A DNA stretch of 64,000 nucleotides from Ophelia neglecta (taxonomy: Eukaryota). A model generated the notes under the pieces. It worked only from the letters and a program-made list of their open reading frames with translations. It searched no databases and was not told the DNA's origin. Shown here piece by piece: positions 36,580-48,161 of this stretch. The first letter of the stretch is position 1; each line of letters starts with the position of its first letter. Location: contig OZ260662.1 in assembly GCA_965285935.1 (NCBI GenBank), positions 35,340,001 to 35,404,000 of the forward strand. Reading direction: 5' to 3'. The position numbers and the translations under genes are program-made.

Positions 36580-38384
36580 ATGGGTATTATCGCCAAGATA
36601 AATATTTCAATCCTTCCATGTTTAATAATATTGGACATTAATTATGAAGGGAAATTTTCCTAATATTTATACAGTGAAAATGCCAATGAAATATTGAATA
36701 TGCAATATAAAATTGACTGTCGAAGCTTAAACACAGAATGAGTTATATAAAATATACAATACCAGTACATAATTTAAATTGACAGTTTAAAACATTGAAG
36801 GACAACGGTTGAAATAAAGGGCTTAGTTGAGTAAATAAAGATTATTACGTGCATTTGTCTTGCGCATTTGTTAAAATGACTGCATGTGTATTTCTATATG
36901 GAATGATTGAGGTTCCGCACAAGCGAAAACCTCGAAACATTATATGTAGGCCTATTTGCCGTGCGGGTTCTTCTAAATCACCAGGTTTCGTTAATGTATT
37001 TTCCCGCGAAAATCCGTAGATATCACGCTTTGGCTGTTCTTTAGCAGTAGTATATTTAATTTCAATGAGTACTAGTATTGTTTTTTCTGGCATCTAGAGT
37101 ATGTGAAAAGTTTGTAAAATAAATTGTGATTAACCAGGAACAATTGATTATTGAATATTGTGTATGCAACATTTAGGGTTGACCCGCCCTTTGAGTGTGA
37201 GTGCCAACGGCTTAACATTTGAAAGATAAATCAGCACAGATTTGTTTAAAAATGAACTTTATAATGTCACTTAAACCAAAAACGATATTTTTTTCACACC
37301 GCATGTTAACCATCAAACTTTAAACGGAATCTAGTTGTATGCATCCATTTATCATGGAGTATTAATCTAAGTAATGAATCATTAATATATAATTAATCTA
37401 TCAACGATATTAATAATGCATTAATAATCCATTATTAATGTATTATTGTACCATTGCCGAAAATAAGATTTAGCGGTAGAAAAACACTACGAAGAATTTA
37501 CTCACTGTTTTGAAATCAATAACAGAGATTTTATCTTATTTTGTCACATTCATTCACCATTGACATTGTAATGTAAAGAGGTAGGAACATTATCAATACA
37601 TTAGCAATAAATCATTCATCTCTTCACTCTTCCCCAATTTAAACAAAATAAATGCCCGACAATTTTCTTCTACTAGAAAGGCTTGTTGAATACCAAAAGA
37701 AAAGTCTCCTACCAAAACGAATTGAGTTGTGTCGTTTTCCGAAAAGAAATTATTGTGACACATACCGGAATACCAGATAATAGGTCTTACCTATTACCTG
37801 TCAGGGGGCTTAGTAGCATTGTCTTCTTAAGAGATTAATACAGACCAAATAAATCCTAACATCACATACTTTACAACTTTGCTGAGGTCTAACGATGGTA
37901 GGGTATGCAATCAACGAAAAAATAATCAACTTTGCTATGATAATATAGCAAACTACTAGCATATCTAATAAACTATTTTTATCAAATTAACACAATCAGA
38001 AAATTTAATGATCTTACGCGATGAGAACAATAAACTGACTGTGCAAGCAGTCTGTCAATAACTTCTCTTTGAGAGGGTGTAGATATTGCACACTCATTCC
38101 TCAATAACTAGCTATTTCCCTTATTTCAAGTTGTTGACCCAAGCCTGTTCAAAATGTCAACGAGAGAAAGAGAGCAACTGCAAGTCCCTATTACTGTGTG
38201 CGTGGCGTTAGTGGTGTTGTGTTTACAAGTGACAAGAAGTGAACTTATACCTAACTCTCAATTTAAACGTGTAAGGATATCTGAACCGAAAAGGAATGTC
38301 ACCGATTTATTAATACAGTACAATATATCTTTCATCTCATTCCATACATGAATCTTTCTAACAAGTATAAATACAAAGGCAGTT

Positions 38385-40013
38385 TTAACCAACTGTAAAA
38401 TCACGCATGTTGATAAAATTCCTCAATAATGCTGGAAGTGGCAAAAACTTAGAGTAATAAAATGGTGATACACCACCTGCAACTTTAAAAATATGTTTAC
38501 GAATTGTACTAGCTGATATTGCTTTCAAAGTGGGAAATGCATGTTCCTCGATAACTTTATAAATATCGTTAGCACAAGTTGATGGTTTGCTTGGTACTCG
38601 ATCTTTTACCAAATTAGCCAGCCAAATGGGATTTAAATTCCATAAAAAGAGCAAGAAATATTTTCGGTTCTCTGTTTTCGAGATCTTGGATACCAACGAA
38701 GCTAGAGTTATGTAGTCTTCTAATATTTCTTCACCCAGAGACTTTCCAATCAGATCAAACAAATCAAAGTCCATTCCGGCTCGTATCGAAAACAATGGAC
38801 GAACAGTAAACGGAAACTGAAGAAGTCGGAGAATCTGAGGCATTTCTGACATGAACGTCCCTACGGCTGGTCCTTGGAAAGATAAAGGATGTAAATCTCT
38901 GGTTTCTTTAACCAGATCAACGAGATGTCTACCACGGGAGTCTAGGACATTGATATCACCGCCAGCATCCTGCCAATAAGATATTATTTGCAGAGCTTTA
39001 ACAAAATCCTCCTCAGTCAAGTCATCCATGCCCTCTAGTTTTTCCACAGTGCAATGAAGCGCTGGCTTCTGCATTTCATTGCTATTGCTCAGAGTCCAGC
39101 CATTATGGTGTAGAAATTTCACCCCGTCCATACACAAATCGCCAACTGCAATATGCAGAAGGGAGCGCCCAGAAAGGCTGCTCGTCCCAGGACCCCAACC
39201 CCGACTGACAAGATACTCATACTTCCTACTAGATAATCTGCCTGTATTATTTTCTGATGTTTGTTTAGTTTGTTTGTAAGATACATGTTGCTGTAAGATA
39301 TATCTAGCTCCTCGATCAATAAGAAAATTTGCAACCTCGAGGCTGTGTTCTGCAAAATCCAAAGGAGTTTTATTTTTCAAGTTTCTAATGTTCACATTAG
39401 CCCCGGCAGATACCAATATTTTCACAATTGCGAAGCGACCTGTTGCACATGCCAAGTGTAAAGGAGTGTCCCCATCGGGAGCCAGCGTGCCGTTAATATG
39501 AGCATCATTCGCGATCAGATAGGACACTATGTCTAAAGCACCATTTTCACAGGCTAACGACAGGGCTGTGAATTCCTCAACGTTGTAGCCGAAGTCCTTT
39601 TCGACATCTATGTACAGTCCTTGCGAGTTGACATCGGCTCCCTGCAACACAAGCCTTTGGACCAGACTGAGGTCTTTCTGTCGGCAAGCAAATTCCAGGG
39701 GAAACGACCGAGAAATGAGGTTGCCAAAGGAGTCACAGTCGTCATACTGTTCACTGGACTCTAAACCGTTGTTCAGCAAATAGGAGAGTAGACTGTACCT
39801 ATGCTTTTTGCAGATCAAATATACACATAAACATCGTTCTTTTGAGCTAATGTGCTCCTGAATAAGGAAACCCTTCTTGAATGTCTCAATTAATTTAATG
39901 ATGTTGTTTTCTTCACAGGAAGACCGAAAATCAGCTAGCAGTTGTTGCTGTTTTTTCACCTTCATACTTCTGGTCGCCTTTTGGACGTTACTTTTGCCCT
40001 TGAACCAATCCAT
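38385..40013 (-). CDS. Ankyrin repeat and SOCS box (ASB-like) protein, intronless, 542 aa
   Basis: Ankyrin repeats (FPLEFAC...LVLQGADVN, TALSLACENGALDIVSYLI, GDTPLHLACATGRFAIVKILVSAGANVN, KTPLDFA, GRSLLHIAV) and a C-terminal SOCS box PTLKAISASTIRKHI...LPLPALLRNFI. A TATA-like element lies ~60 nt upstream. Confidence 0.9.
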   Translation of the reverse strand: MDWFKGKSNVQKATRSMKVKKQQQLLADFRSSCEENNIIKLIETFKKGFLIQEHISSKERCLCVYLICKKHRYSLLSYLLNNGLESSEQYDDCDSFGNLISRSFPLEFACRQKDLSLVQRLVLQGADVNSQGLYIDVEKDFGYNVEEFTALSLACENGALDIVSYLIANDAHINGTLAPDGDTPLHLACATGRFAIVKILVSAGANVNIRNLKNKTPLDFAEHSLEVANFLIDRGARYILQQHVSYKQTKQTSENNTGRLSSRKYEYLVSRGWGPGTSSLSGRSLLHIAVGDLCMDGVKFLHHNGWTLSNSNEMQKPALHCTVEKLEGMDDLTEEDFVKALQIISYWQDAGGDINVLDSRGRHLVDLVKETRDLHPLSFQGPAVGTFMSEMPQILRLLQFPFTVRPLFSIRAGMDFDLFDLIGKSLGEEILEDYITLASLVSKISKTENRKYFLLFLWNLNPIWLANLVKDRVPSKPSTCANDIYKVIEEHAFPTLKAISASTIRKHIFKVAGGVSPFYYSKFLPLPALLRNFINMRDFTVG

Positions 40014-41432
40014 TTTGCTTTAAAAATACAATTTCTTGTGCACAGGTCTCTGGATACTTTGTTTATGCCGAATATATAAGCTGGTCCGGAGTGATTTACC
40101 AAAGGCCAGGTACACAATTTGATTTCATCGCGCATTGATCTGCGCTATAGTAGGCCTTACACGAATGAAAAACGTCGTTGTAGTACAAAGTTCGTAATTC
40201 CTCTCCTACATATTTTGGATCTATATTTAGGCCTATTTCTACTGCACGACTCCGTGCATACGAATGATTGATTGATATGTAGATTCCAACTATAATCACG
40301 TGATGGTAAATGTCCCTGTGGATATATGTAGATAGATATATAATACCTCTTTATAGTTATATAGATAAAGTGAAACGTGTTCTATTTTTATTTATTGGGC
40401 ATAGGCCAAGAATCTCTGGTGTACGTAAATCGGGCAATATACACGGTAATCGAACATATTTTGAAATTTGGTTGTTTTTCATGATTGATAATAGTTTTGA
40501 CCTGAAGCAGGCGTCTAATGTACGTCATGGGTGTTTGGCACCAAATAAAAGTCTGTCTTATAACCGATTGTTTTGACATATATCATAGAGCGCAGGGGTA
40601 CAGCCTCGAATGTAGAGCTCAGACCCCTGCATAGGAGACAAGAGGGAGAAAACATAAACTTGTAAAAATTACTTTTAACTGTTTAAAAATCATTTATTAA
40701 ATACTCAAAAGCTGACCTATTTGATTTTTTATTACAAGAAATCTGTACTGAGCACACTATACAGGTCGGGAATCTTGAAGAAAGTGTTCTTTGAATGAAG
40801 CGTGTTCTACAGCTTCTATAGTGTGCCCTGAATAAAAACATGTGTTCAGAAGGAATTAAGGTAGCCCGCTCTGAGGGAAGAAACGTGTGTTGAGGTTAAA
40901 GCGCTCTAAATAAAGTTTATAGTGTGCACTGAAGGAAGCCTTAATTAACTTGGCACCTCTTTATGAGTACCTCATGGTGCAGTTGGGTAATAGACTATAA
41001 CAAGAATGTTTGTGCAGTGGCCCTATCATTGTTAAAAAATGAATTGTTGATGGATTTCGTAATTGCCAGCCATATCAAAACCAGAAGTAACACTTCTTCT
41101 GATATTATCCAAAATATACTACAAATTTCCTATCAGATTTTTAATAGTATTCAGTGAGTTAGTCGACTAGCATCTTTGTTTTTAAAGTTGAGTAAAATCC
41201 AGGGATATTGCCTGATCATTTTCATGGGTGTTTCTTGTTGATTAAACATGTTTAACAATTCAAGTACAATAATCACTGTGCTGTTGTAACTACATTTAAT
41301 GAATTTTATTCATTAAAGACATAATTCATTGAACAATCATCAACTTTTTGCTATCAAAATGTAATTTGACTTCCTTCCTTCGATCCTAAAGGTGGTTTGA
41401 AACTTAAATTTGTAAAATAAATTCAAAGAAAG

Positions 41433-42770
41433 TTAGACATAAAATTTAAGTTCACATTCAGACATATCATCTGGCCCCAATTCTGGACAGTCAAGGTCGT
41501 GTTTAATTTCTTTGTCTCTAATTTCAGTATTGGGAGTGTCTGTCTTTTTCCTTTTCAGAGAAGAAATGGGAGGCTGGCTGACAAAATTGTGCAATTCACC
41601 AAGTTCTTTTGCAGACCTTTTATGGGTAACTATTTCCTGGGACTCTCTATCTGGCTTATTATCAGTCTCATTTTTGACGATGGCAATCGTAGAATGCCCA
41701 GATCCTTTTAACACTGTAGTTTCCTGAGATGGCAGAATTGATTCATCAGAAGAATTTAAACTTTTGACACACGAAACTGTGTCATCTGGTAAAACTTCAG
41801 AAGTGTGTCCTTGACTTTCACTTATTTCCTTTTCTTTGATTGTACTTAAAGCTGAAGTAAGGAGTGAGTTTTTAAACTTGACAATGTCCTGAATGTAGAT
41901 GATAACTGATTTCTTGTTTACTGAAGCAGGAGAAACCCATGGTAATTCTCTGGCCAATGATATCATGACGTTAGTCATTTCAAATACCCTAGTAGATATA
42001 ACTTTTGTATCCACAACCCTGTGTCTTTTACAAAATTCAGACAGAGTTACTTTCATTCTTGTAGCCCAATCTTCTGACTTCCAGGCAAGATATGCAGCAG
42101 CTGAGATGAGATGTTGTGGCTTTCTTCCCTCCACCAGCCAGACACTTCTACAGACTTGTACAATCTGCTCTGTTAAACTGATCACAGTGTCATTAAAACC
42201 ATATCCTTTACACTGGGAGCTAACAAGGTCTTCCAAACAAATTGATGGAATCTCAATTGAAAATGTAGAAACAATTTCCCTCTTCCACCTTACAAACTCT
42301 GCTACTTTGCATCCTATAAATTGGCACATCTGACTGACAGTTATAGGCACATTGTTTTGTCTACATATGATATAAATGCATACACCTGCCATGACGATTT
42401 TGCTGCTGACTAAATGTGTTTTGAACTTAGGCTGATAAAAAACAGTCTTGAATGTCTCCTGGGCAGATTTCTTTCTTTCTGGAGGGAGCAGCAAGCAGGT
42501 GGCCAAATCATCCAGTATCTTCATACACTCCAGGAACCCCTTACATGGAGGCAGCTCAGAGTCGTTAGCTGCCCCATATACAGATGGTAAATTCTGACTA
42601 TATTGTTTAAATTCCTTTGAAATCACATTAGGAGCAAATTCACTGTTGTGAGGTTGGTCTGCAGTGAAACATCCCTCCTGGACAACTATACCACAGGCTG
42701 TGCAAACCTTCTGGCACTCGGCATCTTCCCACCTAAGAGCAGGCTGTCCACATGACGTGCACATCTCCAT
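41433..42770 (-). CDS. BRF2: Transcription factor IIIB 50 kDa subunit (TFIIB-related factor 2), single coding exon
   Basis: N-terminal zinc ribbon CTSCG...CTACG, two cyclin folds (GVCIYIICR; WLVEGRKPQHLISAAAYLAW), LARELPWV and a C-terminal DDMSECELKFYV TBP-anchor-like motif. The 445-aa length fits BRF2 rather than BRF1. A 5' UTR acceptor (CTAATTTCAG) lies at 42826. Confidence 0.88.
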   Translation of the reverse strand: MEMCTSCGQPALRWEDAECQKVCTACGIVVQEGCFTADQPHNSEFAPNVISKEFKQYSQNLPSVYGAANDSELPPCKGFLECMKILDDLATCLLLPPERKKSAQETFKTVFYQPKFKTHLVSSKIVMAGVCIYIICRQNNVPITVSQMCQFIGCKVAEFVRWKREIVSTFSIEIPSICLEDLVSSQCKGYGFNDTVISLTEQIVQVCRSVWLVEGRKPQHLISAAAYLAWKSEDWATRMKVTLSEFCKRHRVVDTKVISTRVFEMTNVMISLARELPWVSPASVNKKSVIIYIQDIVKFKNSLLTSALSTIKEKEISESQGHTSEVLPDDTVSCVKSLNSSDESILPSQETTVLKGSGHSTIAIVKNETDNKPDRESQEIVTHKRSAKELGELHNFVSQPPISSLKRKKTDTPNTEIRDKEIKHDLDCPELGPDDMSECELKFYV

Positions 42771-44189
42771 GACAATTTATTTTCCTCCGTCCCTAGGGTA
42801 TATTATAATATTTTGTGAGATGAATCTGAAATTAGAAAGATAAAAATATAAAGTTGTGTTTCCATGCCAGCACTGTTTGAAACTGTTTTAAAACATCATA
42901 ATTTCTTCAAGAAAATGTTGCTGGCAGCATAACAAGAAAATTGTCTGTCTCTACCATGCACTGAGCTACAGTGCCATCACAAAAGTTTTATTGACTGATG
43001 CTGTGTGGTTACTTGGAAAAAAAATGCATGTTGGGGATAGTTCATTTTAAGGGTGCTTACATATTATTTTAAAAACAGGAGCTTTGAAAAATACTAAAAA
43101 TAGATAAAAGCATTCAGAGTTTAATAGCCATGTAACCAATAACCATGTCAATTCATACAGTCTTTCATTACTTTAAATTATTTAAAACAAGCCATAACAA
43201 GGAAATCAGATAAAAAACATGCCCTTAAGGAGAAATAGGGCTATTATTCCAAGATTTAGGTGCAAAAGTTTAGAAAAGTTTATATTTAGTTGGTCTCCTA
43301 TACATTGTACGTAGACAAAGTTCATTAATACCTTTTTTGAATAACTGTTTGTGATCAGTTTGTTTTGATCGATATCTTAATCCTTAGGGCATTCCTCAGA
43401 GTCTTGATCCCAAATAGTGCACTTAATTCCTTTATTTAGTAAAAAAAAAATATATACATATGTACTGAACAAGGCATTCAGAAAAGCATACCCCCACCTT
43501 TTTGATGGGATAGTCAATATCTCCATCCCACCCATGGGAAAAATTTTCCTCTATTACTATATCGCCCAACCCCCTCCCAAAAAAATCTTGAAAAGCCATA
43601 ACAATACATGTTAATTACTACTAATTTGGAAAATTTGGTCAAAATCAGGTATTTGTCTTACCAGGCACACTGCATTTGACAGTGTTAACTACCTGGGCTG
43701 AACAAACCTGCCTTCCTATTGGACAACTGTATTGGATTCCTTGCTGGGATACACCCTCCCAGGCAAGAGCTCCCAATGTAACTGACCAATAGGAATATAT
43801 TAGCTTCATATTTCAGCCAGGAGACAGTCAGGACAGTAGCAATGTTAGAGGGTGTTAAACTTCTGATTGTTCAAACAATCCCAAGTGACCTGTAAACAAC
43901 TCAAATGCAATTAGTTAGGCACCATATATTAAATGTGTTATATTTCCTCCATACACTCCTCACACAAAACAAAAGGGGTTTAATAATTATCATTTAATTT
44001 GAGGTGACTCTAGTGTCACTTGTTGCATTTTAGGCAAATAGCGCCTGGGAAACAACATGTATAAAGTGAAGAATTATCTCAGGACCATCACATGATAGCC
44101 TTCACTGATCAGATGTGGTGTTGATAACAATGGCTAATAAGAAACCAAGAATGAAATTTCAAAGCAAAATGTAAACACTAATTAATTCA

Positions 44190-44330
44190 TGAAAGTATTT
44201 GTATTTAAATACATTTCAAAGTATTTTATTTAAATACTTCTAAAAAGAAAGTATTTGTATTTGTATTGTTTTTGAAAAATCAGAAGTATTTGTATTAAAA
44301 ACTTTGTAAAGTATTTGACCCCAACTCTGA
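44190..44330. mobile_element. One end of a hAT-like MITE with GTATTT subterminal repeats
   Basis: Clustered GTATTT/AAATAC repeats ending in GTATTTGACCCCAACTCTG. The partner end was not found. Confidence 0.45.
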
Positions 44331-44575
44331 TTCACACATAATTATCTTGCATTCTCTTTTAATCATTACAGGTGACTTATACTGAGCTCACTGAAAGCGG
44401 GCCAAATTACCAAACCATCATCGGCAGAATTACCAGTTATGGCTAGGTGTCATACACAACTACCTGCAGCAAATGTAACAAACACACCCTCCCCTCTCCG
44501 TCATCACAAGAATTGCTACAGTGCAATTCCTGCCAACTTGTGATGGCGGCATCCATACCTAAACTGAAGTTTAGT

Positions 44576-46110
44576 CTGGGACACAAGAAACAGGGATTGG
44601 AAGGCGGTAGTGTCCTTTGATGGCATCTATCACTCGCTATTGTTCTCGTGTTAATTATCTGTTATCTATCATCACTGGCGGCTCCTTTCATGTGATTACT
44701 TTCGTCAGGTGGCGTATCAGTTGCCTGCGGTGTCGATGCAGCATGTACACCAATATTACATCTGTCAAGTTACAAATCCCGGCCAGATCGACAAAAGTTA
44801 CTAGGCTCTAAAAACTATATCATGTTTCTTAGAGACCTGCCTCTAGTTTTAGGGGATGCAGCATAATAATAGCTTTAAAATGGTACATTTATTTTTGCTG
44901 TGGAATAGATATTTTGTTGAAAACTAAGATTATCAAATTCAAACACGGACATCTATATTACATCTGTCAGAAAATTAATCACGGCCAGATCGACAAAAGT
45001 TACTAGGCTCTAAAAACTTTATTATGTCTCTTAGAGACTTGCTTCTTGTATTAAGGAATGAAGCATAACATTAGCTTTAAAACGGCTCAAGGTTTTTTTG
45101 CTGTGGAATAGATATTTTGGTGAAAACTAAGATTATCAAATTCGAACACGTACACCAATATTACATCTGTCAAGTTATAAATCCCGGCCAGATCCACAAA
45201 AGTTACTAGGCTCTAAAAACTTTATTATGTCTCTTAGAGACTTGCTTCTTGTTTTAAGGAATGAAGCATAACATTAGCTTTAAAACGGCTCATGTTTTTT
45301 TGCTGTGGAATAGATATTTTGGTGAAAACTAAGATTATCAAATTCGAACACGTACATCAATATTGCATCTGTCAGAAAATTAATCGTGGCCAGATCGACA
45401 AAAGTTACTAGGCTCTAAAAACTTTATTATGTCTCTTAGAGACTTGCTTCTTGTTTTAAGGAATGGAGCATAACATTAGCTTTAAAACGGCTCATGTTTT
45501 TTTGCTGTGGAATAGATATTTTGGTGAAAACTAAGATTATCAAATTCGAACACGTACATCAATATTGCATCTGTCAGAAAATTAATCGCGGCCAGATCGA
45601 CAAAAGTTACTAGGCTCTAAAACCTTTATTATGTCTCTTAGAGACTTGCTTTAAGTTTTAAGGGCTGCAGCATAATGATAGCTTCAAAATGGTACTTGTG
45701 TTTTTGTTGTGGGGTAGATAGTTTTTGTAAACTAAGAATATTCAATATAATACCCAGCCAGGAGTGTAACCCAATCAATCCATGGCGGGATCAAGCCGTC
45801 TGGCCGTATCAATTTACTTGACCAGATACAGCCTTAACCAGGCTTCCCCTTTCTACAATACTTTATAGAAACAAATAATTCATAGGTACTGAAGCTTATA
45901 TTACATTGAAATCGACAATTTCTGTCAATAATTTAGGTAATTAAGTGATACACTCAAAAGAATTTTCATGATCATGGCGCTTCTCATGACGCTCACGCGA
46001 AATCGCGCAGAGTCTCGACGAGTGCGAGATCTTGTTACATAAACAATGGCCGTCTTTGAAGTTGCTTTGAAGGTCTTCACTGTTTCCAATCCCTGTTTCT
46101 TGTGTCCCAG
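44576..46110. mobile_element. TIR element carrying an internal ~202-bp tandem array (5 copies, ~44744-45745)
   Basis: Perfect 27-bp TIRs (CTGGGACACAAGAAACAGGGATTGGAA at 44576; reverse complement ends at 46110), flanked by GTTTAGT on both sides. The array landmark GATC.ACAAAAGTTACTAGG recurs at about 44786, 44988, 45191, 45393 and 45595. Confidence 0.85.
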
Positions 46111-46732
46111 GTTTAGTGTACCAATCCATGTTTCATCCACCCGACTCATGCTGTACAGAGACAGCCCATGTCACTACATGGCTCATGACCCAAATTGACA
46201 TACAAATTTTCCTTTATTCAAAATAGAAAAAAAAATGTAAAGCATATATTCAAGTATCCTAGATAATCTCTGCTCTAGAGAAACTGGTTCTGTAAATCGT
46301 GATACATGATGATATTAAATGTGATACTTTAGTTTGCATAGATAATGATAGGTACTGTGTTATAATATTATAGTATTTTGGATATATGATTTATGATTTG
46401 TACTTCCCATGATACAATTCTTTGGTTTATTTTTGGAAAAATATGTACTTTAGTAATTTTGAAATGACTGGTGACTGAAATGATGTACTTAGTTTAATAA
46501 AATTTATATTAGTCCTGATGTGTTTATTAATTTGTTCACTATACAACCTTCTTCTTGCAATTTTGCAGCGTAATGACACACTATGAGCCTTCGATAATGG
46601 TTTTTTAAAGTCACTTGTTTATACACACTTTAAGTATGACAAATTGTTAAAAAAACGATCTCCTTTCTGTAAATCTTGTTGTCAGAACAGTGCAGAATGT
46701 ATCTTGGAAATTCTAGGGCATTTCGGTCTCAC

Positions 46733-47103
46733 CTGCACAGAACCAGATAACGTCTAAAAAATAGCTTGCCAGCATAAATTTTGGAGTGCGCTGTCATTTA
46801 TCCTCCGATTTGAAAATCCAAATACAGTCATATGTTTGTTGTCCCGTGAAATGATGCTGGCAATAGTTAAACATAATTACTTTTGGGTTGGTCAGGAAAG
46901 AAATAAAGTTTCCAAGCTCTATTCTACATATGCCACAGGGTTCAGTCCGTATAATACGGCTCTACGGAGTTTGCACTCAGTGTTGCAGGAACACGCAAAC
47001 AGATGTCAAGAGCCAAAGTCACGGGAAATGACTGAGCAGGCAAGTATCTTTCGGGTGTACTAAATCTTGTTGTCATTTTGACAGGAGAAACCGATCAGAG
47101 CTT
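46733..47103. promoter_or_regulatory. Probable bidirectional promoter and first non-coding exons of BRF2 (minus) and AARS2 (plus)
   Basis: Minus-strand donor CAG|GTGAGA at 46732 and plus-strand donor CTT|GTAAGT at 47104, ~370 bp apart in a locally CpG-richer segment. Both CDSs begin just downstream of acceptors (42826 and 48144). Confidence 0.55.
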
Positions 47104-48161
47104 GTAAGTGTAAAATTAATATACAGATTCAGTTTGAAATAATTTCTACTCATCTTGTTATTTTTCCTGATTTCGAGGTAATTTATTCTTACCAGCCATT
47201 TAAATTGCTCATGTCAAGTTATCGAAAGAATATTTCATATTGTCTGTTGGCTTGTTGTGTCGAGCGATAATGAATGATTTTGAACGCTATGTATGTATGT
47301 TGGTGCACTGTCACAATGTCATGTTAAGTGAAGTCATGCTCGCTTATTCTGTGCTCAAATGACGTATGTATTGGTCCACTGGATGGTTACCCATTTCACC
47401 TAACCTGGACATGCTGGACCAGCAGGTCATGGAAGAATCCAATGTGCTTTCAGCTGCAAGCCATCATAGGCTGAGGAATCAAGTGCACCTAATGTATAAA
47501 AACAAACACTATACATTTATAAAAACAAACACTATACATTTATGAAGGGTGGGGGGTGGGGGGGGGGGGGGTATGGTCACAAAAGTCACTGCATGGCCAT
47601 ATGTAACTGGTATAGGGTGACAACTTTTTGCTCTTATCATTAGGGATGATGTGTGTCAATGATTAACATAGGTTGGTCAAATCTCTTTACCGATCATGTG
47701 GTTAGCAATTTGCATACACCATTTCCCTCTGAGCTAAAATGTGCATTGTGAACATAGTAAACAAGGGATGCTTCTAATTATGTCCAATCTCCCTATACAT
47801 GTTTTTTTTTACATTTCCTCCTGGATGGCTGCCTTGATTACAGGTGCGGCTAGGAAATTAAGCTAACATTGCCTGGTGCACTTTCTCCTGGTCGTATATG
47901 ACGTCATAAACATATTTTACCATAACATGCTTTTGACATGATTCATTTTTAAAGTTTAACAAAATGTAACACATTGAAGTGTTATGCTACCTTGATTCCA
48001 TGAGTTAAGTTTTTTTTTCTAAAATTTTGGGAAAATGCTTCTCATTGGTACAGGTGGCTGGAGTGATATATTGTAAGTCACCTAAGTTACATGAATTAAT
48101 TTCTACTTATGGAAATATGATCAATATTGCATGATATTCTTCAGAGAGTTGGAGTTAGACA

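Noticed and set aside
36845-38351. Short ORFs 36845-37093 and 38154-38351, and most other 60-120 aa ORFs in the track
   Set aside because: No recognisable motifs or splice support. Many of the track ORFs are antisense shadows or intron read-through of real exons.
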